A stretch of DNA of 64,000 nucleotides from Sedimentisphaerales bacterium (GCA_963663965.2 CAXXFK010000030.1:128001-192000), one strand, 5' to 3'. Counted from the stretch's first letter, positions 29,165 through 39,479 are shown. Program-made: numbers and translations. The notes: generated by a model not told the origin, from the sequence alone.

Positions 29165-29914
29165 ATGGAGAATGAAAAAAAAAGTAGAGAAGAATATTTA
29201 GAAGATATTGAAGAAGCTGAACGACCTGTCCTTGAAAGTTTAAAACTGATAGGGATTGAAATAGATGATATTTCTGATTTGATTAACAAATATACAGATT
29301 TGCCTGAGGATGTCGTTTGTGTATTATTAAAATGGTTGCCGGCAATCAAACAGCACAATATTCAGAATATGGTAATACGGGCTATTGGTAATACCAAATG
29401 TAAATATGATGGCATGCCTTTGGCAACACTGTTTGAAAAATCGGATGGGATTCGTAATAACCGCTGGGCCATTGCTAATACGATAGCTATCTCTAAACCA
29501 ATGCATATTAACGAGTGGGTAACAACTGCAGTAAAAAATAAAAAATATGGCAAATCTCGTGAAATGCTTTGTGATGCAATCGCAAAAATGCTGTCGTACG
29601 GTGAGGCTGTTGCTGTGTTACAGGCGGTGTTTGATGATTTGCCGGCTCATAGCGCTATTGCGTTAGGCAGAATTGGAAAAGAATCTTCTGTGAATGAATT
29701 TCTGGAACGGAAGAAAGCGGAAATTGAAAACGAAATTAGCCTTGAGCGATTTGGTAATGACTGCAAGTTTATACCGCAAGAAAATGTGTCTTATGCCTCG
29801 AGCCTGCCAATATCGATCAGTGAGGAGGAACTGAGGAGAAACTATCTGAAGTTGAGTTTGAAAACGATAGGAAAGGCGATCCGAAAAATTGAGAAACGGA
29901 TTGAAAAAAAATAG
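29165..29914 (+). CDS. Putative cognate immunity protein (HEAT-like helical)
   Basis: Directly downstream of the toxin and AT-rich. Helical motifs RWAIANTI and AIALGRIG. Confidence 0.6.
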   Translation: MENEKKSREEYLEDIEEAERPVLESLKLIGIEIDDISDLINKYTDLPEDVVCVLLKWLPAIKQHNIQNMVIRAIGNTKCKYDGMPLATLFEKSDGIRNNRWAIANTIAISKPMHINEWVTTAVKNKKYGKSREMLCDAIAKMLSYGEAVAVLQAVFDDLPAHSAIALGRIGKESSVNEFLERKKAEIENEISLERFGNDCKFIPQENVSYASSLPISISEEELRRNYLKLSLKTIGKAIRKIEKRIEKK

Positions 29915-29941
29915 TTTAAGCTTATTAAGTGCCATTGGGAT

Positions 29942-30409
29942 CAGGGACCATTTAGGTTGACATGGCGCTGATATGGTGCCAGAATAGGGTGATCATGCCA
30001 CGAGCTAGACGCAAAAGTTATGGCGGTTATCTTTACTATATGTTTAACCGGGCGAATGGCCGGCTGTGGATTTTTCGCAAGGCCGGCGATTTTGCGGCGT
30101 TTGAGGCTATACCCGGCCAGGGCCAGGAGCGGACGGGGAGAGGATGAGGCGTATTTGAATTGCCGAGGGGGTTGGGGAAAGGCGGGAGATAAGGGTTGAG
30201 CATATAACGGCCGGTTTATCCGCAGATGATGCAGATAAAAATTAGTTAAGATATTGAAATATAAGAAGATATAACCACGGAAAAACGCGGAAAGACACGG
30301 AAGAAAAGCAGGTGGCTGCGCCACGATTTAAATGGGTTATTACCACAGAGGTCAGGAGGGCACAGAGGATGAGGAGCAGGGAAGAGTAAAAGCTTTTTAG
30401 ACAGGATCA
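29942..30409 (+). repeat. Duplicated block A (REP motif, RAYT promoter, RAYT 5' fragment, triplet repeats); second copy 33750-34217
   Basis: Near-identical by eye, including the same RAYT truncation point gagcggacgggga|gaggatgagg. Confidence 0.9.
29995..30147 (+). pseudogene. RAYT transposase 5' fragment
   Basis: MPRARRKSYGGYLYYMFNRANGR... matches the N-terminus of the 31519 gene. Confidence 0.85.
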
Positions 30410-30683
30410 CAGGATTGACAGGATTTAAGAAAAGAGGGTTGGGAAAATATAATGGCAGGGTTAACCGCAGATGGACTTAGGGCGGTCAAGCCGCAACGCC
30501 AAAAACAGCTCACACCAAGCCCCAGAAAAACAGCCGGTTTAACGCAAAGACGCTAAGGTGCAAAGGGTGGGCAACGGCTGGGAGAGTCAATAGTTGACGG
30601 AAGGCGCAAAGTGATATAAGTTTTTGTTTTAAAAGATCAGCTATTCTCCAACACAACAAACTTCGCTAAAATAACAAAGAATT

Positions 30684-31016
30684 GAAGGATTGTAGTACGG
30701 AAGGAAATATCATACATTTTCACCGTATAGTAAGTGAAGGGAGTCCCGATGAATATCGGGATAAATTCCGGAACGGCCGAAGAGATGAAAAAAGCACGCT
30801 GAAGCGAACTCCGAACGGGCCGGGAACTGGCAGCCCGCCTGAGGCGGATCTTCGACCCTTCGGGCTTCACTGATGTGAATGTGGGTTTATTGATATTGTG
30901 AGATTGATGGGATTGCAGGCCGAGGAAAAGGGAGGAGATGAGAATTGAAAAAAAGATAACTGGGGGTGATGGGCGATTGCGGGGGAGGGCAACCACGGGG
31001 GGTTGCCCGTACGTGG
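30684..31016 (+). repeat. Duplicated block B (hairpin-rich MITE-like element plus REP); second copy 34617-34942
   Basis: gaaggattgtagtacggaag...cttcgggcttcactgatgtgaatgtggg...gggcaaccacggggggttgcccgtacgtgg in both copies. Confidence 0.88.
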
Positions 31017-31036
31017 GGGATAAAGATACGGTATAG

Positions 31037-31441
31037 GGCATATTTATCAGGGGCGATTTAAGAGCTTTCCGATTCAGGGGCAGATATCGGGAACCTCTAA
31101 AAATTCATTCAGGGCTGCAAGCGGTCTGGTTCTCCTCTGGACGGCGTCACAAAAAAACCGTGAATATTGTCAAATAGGCCCGGTTCTTTGTTCCTTGCCA
31201 GAGAAAGACCATCCTCGCTTTCGCCTCTAAAGCAATTTTTAGAGATACCCTATATTATGTGACGGCGATGCGATATGTCGAAGGCAATCCGTTGCGGGCC
31301 GGACTTGGTGAAGGATGCGGCGGATTGGCCCTGGAGCCGCTATGGCCGGCATGCGGGCGACGCCGGCCGGGATACGCCGATTACCCTGAGCGAGTATAGC
31401 ACGCCTCTGCCGGAAAACTGGGTTAGACTGGTTCATGCTAA
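31037..31441 (+). pseudogene. Internal RAYT fragment interrupted by a MITE
   Basis: 31037-31085 matches about 31810-31858, and 31253-31441 matches about 31861-32048. Confidence 0.85.
31089..31250. mobile_element. 162-bp MITE
   Basis: TIRs GGGAACCTCTAAAAATT / AATTTTTAGAGATACCC. Splits an otherwise contiguous RAYT sequence. Confidence 0.85.
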
Positions 31442-31459
31442 ACTCGACGGGTTGGGTTG

Positions 31460-31511
31460 AAAGGGGTCAGGAACCATTTAGGTTGACTTGGCGCTGATAC
31501 GGTGCCAGAAT
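31460..31511 (+). promoter_or_regulatory. Left REP motif plus sigma-70 promoter of RAYT
   Basis: AAAGGGGTCAGGAACC followed by TTGACT-17 nt-CAGAAT. The copy at 29957 reads TTGACA-17-CAGAAT. Confidence 0.65.
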
Positions 31512-31518
31512 GGGATAT

Positions 31519-32193
31519 ATGCCACGAGCGAAACGCAAAAGTTATGGTGGTTATCTTTACCATGTGCTCAACCGGGCGAATGGCCGGCTGCGTATTTTTC
31601 GCAAGGCCGCTGATTTTGCGGCGTTTGAGGCCATACTCGGCCAGGGCCAGGAGCGGACGGGGATGCGGATCTGTGGGTATTGCCTGATGGGCAATCACTG
31701 GCATCTTCTGTTGTGGCCGCGGCATGACGGGGAGCTGTCGGAGTATATGCGATGGGTGACGGTCACGCACACGCAGCGGTATCATGCCGCCCACCGCAGC
31801 GCCGGTACGGGCCATATTTATCAGGGGCGATTCAAGAGCTTTCCGATTCAGGGGCAGATTTATTATGTGACGGCGATGCGATATGTCGAAGGCAATCCGT
31901 TGCGGGCCGGACTGGTGACGGATGCGGCGGATTGGCCCTGGAGCAGCTATGGCCAGCATGTGGGCGGCGCGGGCAGGGAGACCCCGATTACCCTGAGTGA
32001 ATATAGCACGCCGCTGCCGGAAAACTGGGACAGAGTGGTTCATGCTAATCTCAGTGAGAAGGATTGTGAGCGTTTTCAAAACGCGATCCGGCGGGGCTGT
32101 CCGTTGGGAGATGCGGGCTGGACAGAAAAGATTGCCGCCCAATTCGAGTTAGAGTCGACTCTGCGGCCCAGAGGAAGGCCGAGATCGACTTAA
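31519..32193 (+). CDS. REP-associated tyrosine transposase (RAYT/TnpA-REP, Y1 HUH)
   Basis: YHVLNR, CLMGNHWHLLL (HUH), GHIYQGRFKS, RYVEGNPLRAG (catalytic Tyr), WPWSS and RPRGRP tail. Confidence 0.93.
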   Translation: MPRAKRKSYGGYLYHVLNRANGRLRIFRKAADFAAFEAILGQGQERTGMRICGYCLMGNHWHLLLWPRHDGELSEYMRWVTVTHTQRYHAAHRSAGTGHIYQGRFKSFPIQGQIYYVTAMRYVEGNPLRAGLVTDAADWPWSSYGQHVGGAGRETPITLSEYSTPLPENWDRVVHANLSEKDCERFQNAIRRGCPLGDAGWTEKIAAQFELESTLRPRGRPRST

Positions 32194-32242
32194 AAGGTTC
32201 CTGACCCTTTTACTCTCTGACCCTTTTACTCTTTTACTGACC
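32192..32242 (+). repeat. Right REP motif, inverted relative to 31460, with tandem CTGACCCTTTTACTC echoes
   Basis: aaaaggttcctgacccttttactctctgacccttttactcttttactgacc. Confidence 0.8.
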
Positions 32243-32441
32243 TAGTGGAAAAATTGGATTGCTTGGCAATAGTATATTAGGTTATCATATGGATACTAAT
32301 GCAACCTATGCTATGGGAATATCTCAGATAGGAGTGTCAATGACCTTATTAGAAGCTGCTTCAGGTTTGTCAGGGGGCAATTTGGGTTCGGGTGCTGAAG
32401 CAGCGGCTACAGCTTGGGTAGATTATTGGGCTAATCTTTAG
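32241..32441 (+). pseudogene. Probable orphan RHS C-terminal tip beginning at (D)PSG
   Basis: actga-cct-agt-gga-aaa reads PSGKIGLL...; one extra C would give TDPSG. Short Gly/Ala-rich hydrophobic peptide. Confidence 0.5.
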
Positions 32442-32495
32442 GCATGAAACATTTGTCTCCGCAATATTTTCATTCGTCCAATAAGGGAAATATGT

Positions 32496-32951
32496 ATGAT
32501 TAAAAGAAAACACAAAAAGAGTTTAATTTGGGATGGGATTTTTTGGGTTATGATTTTATATATATTTTTATATTTTATGGAAAATCTGTTTGAAAATTAT
32601 TTCTGTGTCACTATTCCAGATTTTGTTACAGTAATTTTGTGCCATGCATTCATGCTGGTTTATTTATTGGTATCAATTCGTAATATTCAAAATAGAAATA
32701 CCAATACCAGCCTAACCGAGAAGGTAGAATCATCACCAAAACTTAAAATCCTGAATGTAATATTAATATATATTTGTATTGTTATATTTTGTATTTTAGG
32801 AAATTATTTTTTCTCCATTTTTATTGATGTTCCCAGGCTTGACCAACTTAGCATGGTGTCTTTTCCGCTGGTATTTGTTTGCTTATTATTTTCAAAGTAC
32901 TTATCAGTAGATAGCCTAAACAACGATTTACACGTTAGCAATAAAAAATGA
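32496..32951 (+). CDS. Four-TM membrane protein, candidate immunity
   Basis: Four hydrophobic segments, very AT-rich, follows the putative tip. Confidence 0.55.
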   Translation: MIKRKHKKSLIWDGIFWVMILYIFLYFMENLFENYFCVTIPDFVTVILCHAFMLVYLLVSIRNIQNRNTNTSLTEKVESSPKLKILNVILIYICIVIFCILGNYFFSIFIDVPRLDQLSMVSFPLVFVCLLFSKYLSVDSLNNDLHVSNKK

Positions 32952-33059
32952 GATTAAGTAATAAACTTCCAATTGGGTTTAAGTATTATTTGTTTCACCA
33001 GCCTTTCTCCTCAACCAATCTTATTGGGCTCTTTGAGTTCCAAGAATTCAAGAATTAAA

Positions 33060-33122
33060 GAAGTCAGGAACCCTTAAGCTACCGCCATTTGTTCCTGACC
33101 TCTTTAAAATCGACCCCTTTAA
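33060..33122. repeat. Inverted REP pair between cassettes
   Basis: gtcaggaac...gttcctgac followed by gacccctttaa. Confidence 0.7.
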
Positions 33123-33205
33123 ATTCTCCCCGATTCAATTCGTGAAGAATACCGAGTATTGAGTTATAATGAAATAAAAGCACTTGCAAAAGAAATGTTT
33201 AATAA

Positions 33206-33718
33206 ATGACTATAAATAGCCTTACAGTTGAAGAGTGTAAAAGTCAGATAAATAAGTTGATTGGACTACCGATGAGTCGTGCAATTGCAGGCATCAATAC
33301 GGGTTCAGTTGTATCGTTTGATTTCGGAAAAATAACAAAAATGCCTTTTGAATTTCAGAAGAATAAAGCTCATTTCCGTGGTGAGATTTGCATGATGGTG
33401 TGCTGCCCTTGGCGGATTGAAAGCGATACAAATATTGTGTGTGGTTCAGGAGATTCGAACGAAAAAAAAGGACCGATGATTAAAGGATTAGATGACCTTA
33501 AAGGAAAATATGTTCAGGAAATAATGTTTAATACATTTCTTGATATTTCAATAGTATTTGAAGGTGGTTATGTGTTAAAGGTATTTTGCGATAATATTTC
33601 GGATGATGATTATGAAAGTTGTTACTTTTTCCTTTTCGAGGAGGATCTTCTTTGTGTTTCGGTAAGAGGAAATGGTAATATTTGGTCCGATGAAATTGTA
33701 AGAGACAACAGAAAATGA
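33206..33718 (+). CDS. Hypothetical protein, candidate orphan immunity
   Basis: AT-rich, with GSVVSFDFG...CPWRIE motifs. Its ATG overlaps (ATGA) the stop of a start-less 28-codon remnant at 33123-33209. Confidence 0.6.
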   Translation: MTINSLTVEECKSQINKLIGLPMSRAIAGINTGSVVSFDFGKITKMPFEFQKNKAHFRGEICMMVCCPWRIESDTNIVCGSGDSNEKKGPMIKGLDDLKGKYVQEIMFNTFLDISIVFEGGYVLKVFCDNISDDDYESCYFFLFEEDLLCVSVRGNGNIWSDEIVRDNRK

Positions 33719-33802
33719 GGGGAATTAAATGGAGAGGAATTAAAGTAGGCAGGAACCTTTTAGGTTGACAGGGTGCTGAGATGGTACCTGGATAGGGTGA
33801 TC

Positions 33803-33955
33803 ATGCCACGAGCAAAGCGCAAAAGTTATGGCGGTTATCTTTACCCTGTACTCAACCGGGCGAATGGCCGGCTGCGGATTTTTCGCAAGGCCGGCGATTT
33901 TGCGGCGTTTGAGGCCGTTCTCGGCGAGGGCCAGGAGCGGACGGGGAGAGGATGA
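33803..33955 (+). pseudogene. RAYT transposase 5' fragment
   Basis: MPRAKRKSYGGYLYPVLNRANGR..., with the same truncation as the 29995 copy. Confidence 0.85.
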
Positions 33956-35127
33956 GGCGTATTTGAATTGCCGAGGGGGTTGGGGTAAGGCGGGAGATAA
34001 GGGTTGAGCATATAACGGCCGGTTTATCCGCAGATGATGCAGATAAAAATTAGTTAAGATATTGAAATATAAGAAGATATAACCACGGAAAAACGCGGAA
34101 AGGCACGGAAGAAAAGCGGGTGGCTGCGCCACGATTTAAATGGGTTATTACCACAGAGGTCAGGAGGGCACAGAGGATGAGGAGCAGGGAAGAATAAAAG
34201 CTTTTTAGACAGGATCATCCCGATCCCGATGGCTCGGGATTTCGCTTTGCTCAATATCCGGGACTTTCAGCCGATTGACAGGATTAAATGGGAATCCATA
34301 TAAAATATAACAGCCTTATGAACCGCAGATAAACGCAGATGGACGCAGATAAAAACTGGTTTATGTTATTATAATAAAAGAAGTTAGAATCACGGAATAT
34401 GCGGAATACCTGGGGCGGGCAAGCCGCAACCCAATTAAACAGCTGAACCACGAATCCCGATGAATCGGGACGAATGGACGCGAATAAGAGCCAGAGGCCT
34501 GATCAGGATATCGTTTAAAACTGAAACTTCGATTCAACCAGGAAAGCAATAACTTGTTTTTCAATAAATGGTTATCAGTTCAAAGACAAATAAACACGCA
34601 TAAAAAACAAGAATATGAAGGATTGTAGTACGGAAGAAGAAAATATCATACATTTTCACCGTATAGTAAGTGAAGGGAGTCCTGATGAATATCGGGATAA
34701 ATTCCGGAACGGCCGAAGAGATGAAAAAAGCACTGAAGCGTGAACTCCGAACGGGCCGGGAACTGGCGGTCCGCCTGAGGCGGATCTTCGACTCTTCGGG
34801 CTTCACTGATGTGAATGTGGGCTGATTGATATTGTTAAATTGATGGGATTGCAGGCCGAGGAAAAGGGGGGAGATGAGATTTGAAATAAAGATAAATAGG
34901 GGGAAGGAAAAGGGCAACCACGGGGGGTTGCCCGTACGTGGAGGATGGGATTTGGGGGATTGCGTGGCGGCACGGACGGGCACGGACGGAACACGGACAA
35001 ACACAGGATGGGGATGGAGGGGGGGATGGATTTTGGGGATTGCGTGGGGGTGGGGGTTGTGGTACAACTGGGGGGTGTTTTTTTGTGTGGTAGACATTAT
35101 GGATAGGCGAATTTATGCATAGACAGG

Positions 35128-36772
35128 ATGGCTGTTATGAAGATGATTGGATTGAACAGGCGGATGGCGGCGGTCTGTGGGCTGATGATGGTGATGATTG
35201 GATCGGTGTGGGCGGAACGGGTGCGGGTTGGGGGTGGTGAGTTGGAAGGAACGATTAATCAGGATAGCGGGATATTTGAATTTAAGGGGGTGCCGTTTGC
35301 TCAGCCGCCGGTGGGCGAGTTGCGCTGGCGGGAGCCGCAGCCGGTGACCGGCTGGGAGGGTGTGCGGCGGGCGGACCAGTTCGGGCCGCGGGCGATGCAG
35401 TTATCGGTGTTTGGCGATATGAAGTTCCGGTCGGATGGTATGAGTGAGGATTGTCTGTATCTGAATATCTGGACGCCGAAGCTGGGCGCAGGCGCGAAGC
35501 TGCCGGTGCTGGTGTATTTTTATGGCGGGGGTTTCATTGCCGGTGCTGGATCGGAAGGGCGGTATGATGGGCATAGTATGGCGACGAAGGGGATGGTGGC
35601 GGTGACGGTGAATTACCGGCTGGGAGTGTTTGGTTTTTTCGCGCATCCGGAGCTGTCGAAAGAGTCGGCGCAGGGAGCGTCGGGGAATTATGGATTGCTG
35701 GATCAGGCAGCGGCGTTGAAATGGGTGTATGAGAATATCGCAGCGCTGGGTGGGGATCCCAAACGGATTACGATCGCGGGTGAATCGGCCGGCTCGATTT
35801 CGGTGAGCGCGCAGCTGGTGTCGCCGCTGTCGAAGGGGATGATCGCCGGGGCGATTGGGGAAAGCGGTTCGATCCTGGGGGCGTTGCCGGCGATCCCGCT
35901 GGCGGAGGCGGAGGTGAAGGGTTTGGAACTGGCCAAGAAGCTGGGCCAGGATGGGGCGTTGTCATTGGCGGCGCTACGGGCGATGGATGGCGAGACCTTA
36001 TTGGGGAGGTGACGAAGGCGGGCTTCATGTGGTTTAATCCGACGGTGGATGGTTATCTGCTGCCGGAGGATCCGTTTGCGTTGTACGCGGCCGGTCAGCA
36101 GGCGCAGGCGCCGCTACTGGCGGGAGTGAATTCGCAGGAGTCGGATTATAAGGCGGTGTTGGGTAACGCGGAACCGACGGTGGCGAATTATCGCGCGGCG
36201 CTGGAGCGGCTGTACCCGGGTCAGGGCGAGCGGTTGTTTGAGGTGTATGGCGCGGCGACGGAGGATGAGGTGATGGACGCGGCGATGGCCCTGGCGGGGG
36301 ACCGGTTTATCAGTCAGAGCACCTGGCGGTGGATCGACCGGGTGACGAAGACGGGCGCTCAGAAGACGTTTTATTACCTGTATGCCCGGCCGCGGCCGGT
36401 GATGCGGGCGGAGATGGGCAATCTGATCGCGGGTCTGGCCGGGGGTGTGATGAAGAATCCGGATCCGCAGGCCAAGCCGCAGCCCCAGTCGCGCGGCGCA
36501 GTGCATTCGGCGGAGATCGAATACGCGCTGGGGAACCTGGGTTATAATGAGCGTGTATGCCTGGACGGAGGAAGATCATGAGATTTCGCGGCAAATGCAG
36601 GCGTACTTTGTGAACTTTATCAAGACGGGGAATCCGAACGGGGCGGGATTGCCGGAGTGGCCGGTGTTCAAGAAGGGACAACGGCTGGTGATCGATGTGA
36701 AGACGCCGCGCGGAGAGCGTTGAACGGTTGCGGAAGCGGTATGATCTGCTGGAGGAGCTGGCCAAGCCATAA
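35128..36772 (+). pseudogene. Type-B carboxylesterase split by three frameshifts (pseudogene or sequence error)
   Basis: FKGVPFA.PP, SEDCLYLNIW, GESAG and GAVHSAEIEY. Continuations VYAWTEED...NFIKTGNPNG and RLRKRYDLLEEL lie in shifted frames near 36005, 36550 and 36710. Confidence 0.85.
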
Positions 36773-36814
36773 GGGCGGATTGAAGAGACAACAACGCCGG
36801 GTGATACCCGTCGA

Positions 36815-39184
36815 TTAGAAGCGGTAGGCCAGGCTCAGGCCGATGGCGGTGGCGTGGCTGCGAAAGGCGCCGCTGGAGAGGTAGTTGCGTTTGTTGAAAT
36901 CATCGTTGAACAGGCCGAGCAGGTTGTAGCCATCGATGCGGCAGGTGAGGTTTTCGATGGGTTGATATTGCAGGCCCAGGTTGAGATAGTAGTTGCCGCG
37001 ATAGCCGCGCTGCCAGTCCGGTTCGACCGGGGCCAGGCCGCCTGTGGAGGCGTAGCGGTATTCGTTGTAGTCTTTGAGGCCGGGGAAGCCCCAGTAGACG
37101 CGCATGGAGCCATCCAGGGTCCACTGGTCATTAAGTTGCTGATGGGCGGTCAGTTTGGTGATATGGTTGGACCAGAGGGTCAGGTCTTTGCCGTAGCCAT
37201 AGGGGTAGGCAGAAATTAAGGTATCGGCATTATCGCCCAGGTTGAAATCATAGAGTTTGGTAAAGCCGTGCGAGAGACCCAGCCGGGTTCGTTGCGTATG
37301 ATAATACGCTTCGAGGTCCAGGCCGTAATCGCGTTGCGTGCCGACATTGACCACGCTGGCGCTGGCATCGCTGTAGCCCATCAATTCCAGGTTGTAATGG
37401 ACAAAGGGATTGACGGCCACGTCGAAGCGATCGTTGCACTTTCGTTCGTAGCGGAATTCGAGGCTGTCGAGTTTTTCGGGGGCGCTGTCCGTGGCGCCAT
37501 CCAGCATGTTGGCGACTTTCATTTCCTCTTCGAAGTTGGAGCGGACGGAGCGGGCCCAGATCCATTTGAGGGTATCTTTTTCGGTGGGGGTATATATCAA
37601 CGCGCCGCGCGGTGAGAACATCGGATCGGTGTAGGTGTGTTTATCGATCCGGGCGCTGATGAAGGTGGTCCATTGATCGGAGAGGGTCCACTGGTGTTCG
37701 CCCATGGCGGAAACCAAATTGGTGGACCATTGGGGCATATCCAGCTGGTTACCGGAGAACCGTTCGGTCGTCGAATCGCCATTCTGCGGCCAGGCGAGGC
37801 TGTCCAGGCCCAGTTCATTGTGGGCGAGTTCGCCACCCAACGCGATTTTATGATGGTCGTTAATCTCCCGGCGATAGATGGCCTTGAGCTGATAGCGGTC
37901 TTCGCGGTAACAGTGGGCCAGGGCGTCCTGTGTCCAGATTTCGGTATCGGTGAGGGTGTAGCTGAACGAGGTGTCGAGGGTGGCGTTGTCTGACAGTTCC
38001 GTATTTTTTCCGGCGAACAGGGTGGCCTGCTGATACCCGTATCCCTGTTGCTGCAGCGGCTGAACCCAGTCGGCCCAGCCGTAGGGGTCGCGAGCCAGGA
38101 CCCCGTTTTCCCAGACCATCTGTTTACCGCCGAGGGTGTAACGGCCCCAGAAGGTCCAGTCCTCGCGTTTGATTTCGGTATAGAGTTTCATGGGCGGGAC
38201 GCCGCGATGCGATTCGCCGTCGTTGTTCAGGCCAATGCCGAGCATGGGATCGCCGGCCCGGGTTCCATCACCGGGCAGGTGGGCCGGTCCGGTATTGACG
38301 CCCCAATCCGGATTCCACCAGGAGTAGTTGGATTCGGTGGGGAAATCAAAGCCGTAGATCTGCGGCGCGTCGTGGGTGGTGGCGCCGTTATATTTGCCGA
38401 TCCCGAGATAAAGGAACAGACCGCCGCCGCCATCGTTAAACTGGCGGCCGTGGCGGATTTCGGTGGAATAGAATTCTTCGATGATGCCGGCGCGCGTGGT
38501 GATATCGGTGCCCTGGAAGGTATCGGAGTTGAAGGTGGTAATATTGATGACCATCGAGACGGCGCCGGGTCCGTAGAGCGAGGAACCGGGCCCGCGGACG
38601 ATGTCGATATGATGGATGTCTTTCAGGTGAACAAGATCTTTTTCGGTCAGGGCGCCATAATGGGTTCGTTCATTCATCATCACCCCATTGACCAGGAGCA
38701 GGTATTTATCATCCCGGTCGCCCATAATACCGCGCAGGCCCATGACATCGGCTTCCCAGTTATGCCGTCGCCATTGCAGGTTGGGGACGTAGATGTCGAG
38801 CAGTTCGAACAGGCTGCGGGCGCCGGCGGCCTGGATATCCTCGGCGGTGATGGTGGTGACGGCGGCGGGGGCCAGGCGGGGGCTGACCGAGGTGAGTGAG
38901 GCTGACGATCCGACTTCCACCTGCATCAATTCCTCCAGGGACATATCCAATAAATCGGCGCTGGCGGCATCATCCCGGGTTGGACGGTTTTGTTCGGAAT
39001 CGATCGTATCGGACGATGTGGTTTGTGCAGATGCCATTGAAGTGATGGATAGTAATTGTGGCACTGAACCGAAAGTGAACAAGATCCAGCTGATCAGCAG
39101 GGCGAACCCGCAAAGGATTCGGTGGGGATTCTGTGACAGCAAGCAGTGTTTTTTGCCGGTAATCCGGTTGACTGGGTGGCTCAT
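36815..39184 (-). CDS. TonB-dependent receptor
   Basis: LLDMSLEELMQVEV, plug motif IDIVRGPGSSLYGPGA..VINI and C-terminal LAYRF. Confidence 0.9.
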   Translation of the reverse strand: MSHPVNRITGKKHCLLSQNPHRILCGFALLISWILFTFGSVPQLLSITSMASAQTTSSDTIDSEQNRPTRDDAASADLLDMSLEELMQVEVGSSASLTSVSPRLAPAAVTTITAEDIQAAGARSLFELLDIYVPNLQWRRHNWEADVMGLRGIMGDRDDKYLLLVNGVMMNERTHYGALTEKDLVHLKDIHHIDIVRGPGSSLYGPGAVSMVINITTFNSDTFQGTDITTRAGIIEEFYSTEIRHGRQFNDGGGGLFLYLGIGKYNGATTHDAPQIYGFDFPTESNYSWWNPDWGVNTGPAHLPGDGTRAGDPMLGIGLNNDGESHRGVPPMKLYTEIKREDWTFWGRYTLGGKQMVWENGVLARDPYGWADWVQPLQQQGYGYQQATLFAGKNTELSDNATLDTSFSYTLTDTEIWTQDALAHCYREDRYQLKAIYRREINDHHKIALGGELAHNELGLDSLAWPQNGDSTTERFSGNQLDMPQWSTNLVSAMGEHQWTLSDQWTTFISARIDKHTYTDPMFSPRGALIYTPTEKDTLKWIWARSVRSNFEEEMKVANMLDGATDSAPEKLDSLEFRYERKCNDRFDVAVNPFVHYNLELMGYSDASASVVNVGTQRDYGLDLEAYYHTQRTRLGLSHGFTKLYDFNLGDNADTLISAYPYGYGKDLTLWSNHITKLTAHQQLNDQWTLDGSMRVYWGFPGLKDYNEYRYASTGGLAPVEPDWQRGYRGNYYLNLGLQYQPIENLTCRIDGYNLLGLFNDDFNKRNYLSSGAFRSHATAIGLSLAYRF

Positions 39185-39479
39185 CTTAACATCTCTCTAT
39201 TTGACTTTTCATCCTAACAGGGGAAATGGGTACACAGATTATATCGAGTTAATTTTCAGGCCGGTTAAATGGTGGTTGAATTTCTGGTCACTTTGAACCG
39301 GTCCGAATGAGGTGGCCGATAATAACCGGTGGTATCGGGTAGAGAGCGGGTCTTGCCGGGTTGGCGGGAAGGTCATGATTGGAAAAAATAGCCGGACAAG
39401 AAAGGTATCGGACGTAAATAGCGAAGCGGGATTTTTATTGTGTTTCGGAAAGGGGGCGGCGGTCCGGGATTTTCGTTTT

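Noticed and set aside
29941..30324. 127-aa minus ORF and its twin at 33740-34132
   Set aside because: Their similarity comes from duplicated block A; they read antisense through repeats and the RAYT fragment.
30200..30570. ATATAAC leaders as integron attC inverse cores
   Set aside because: The units are direct repeats without attC palindromic L/R boxes or a consistent GTTRRRY end. No integron integrase is in the window.
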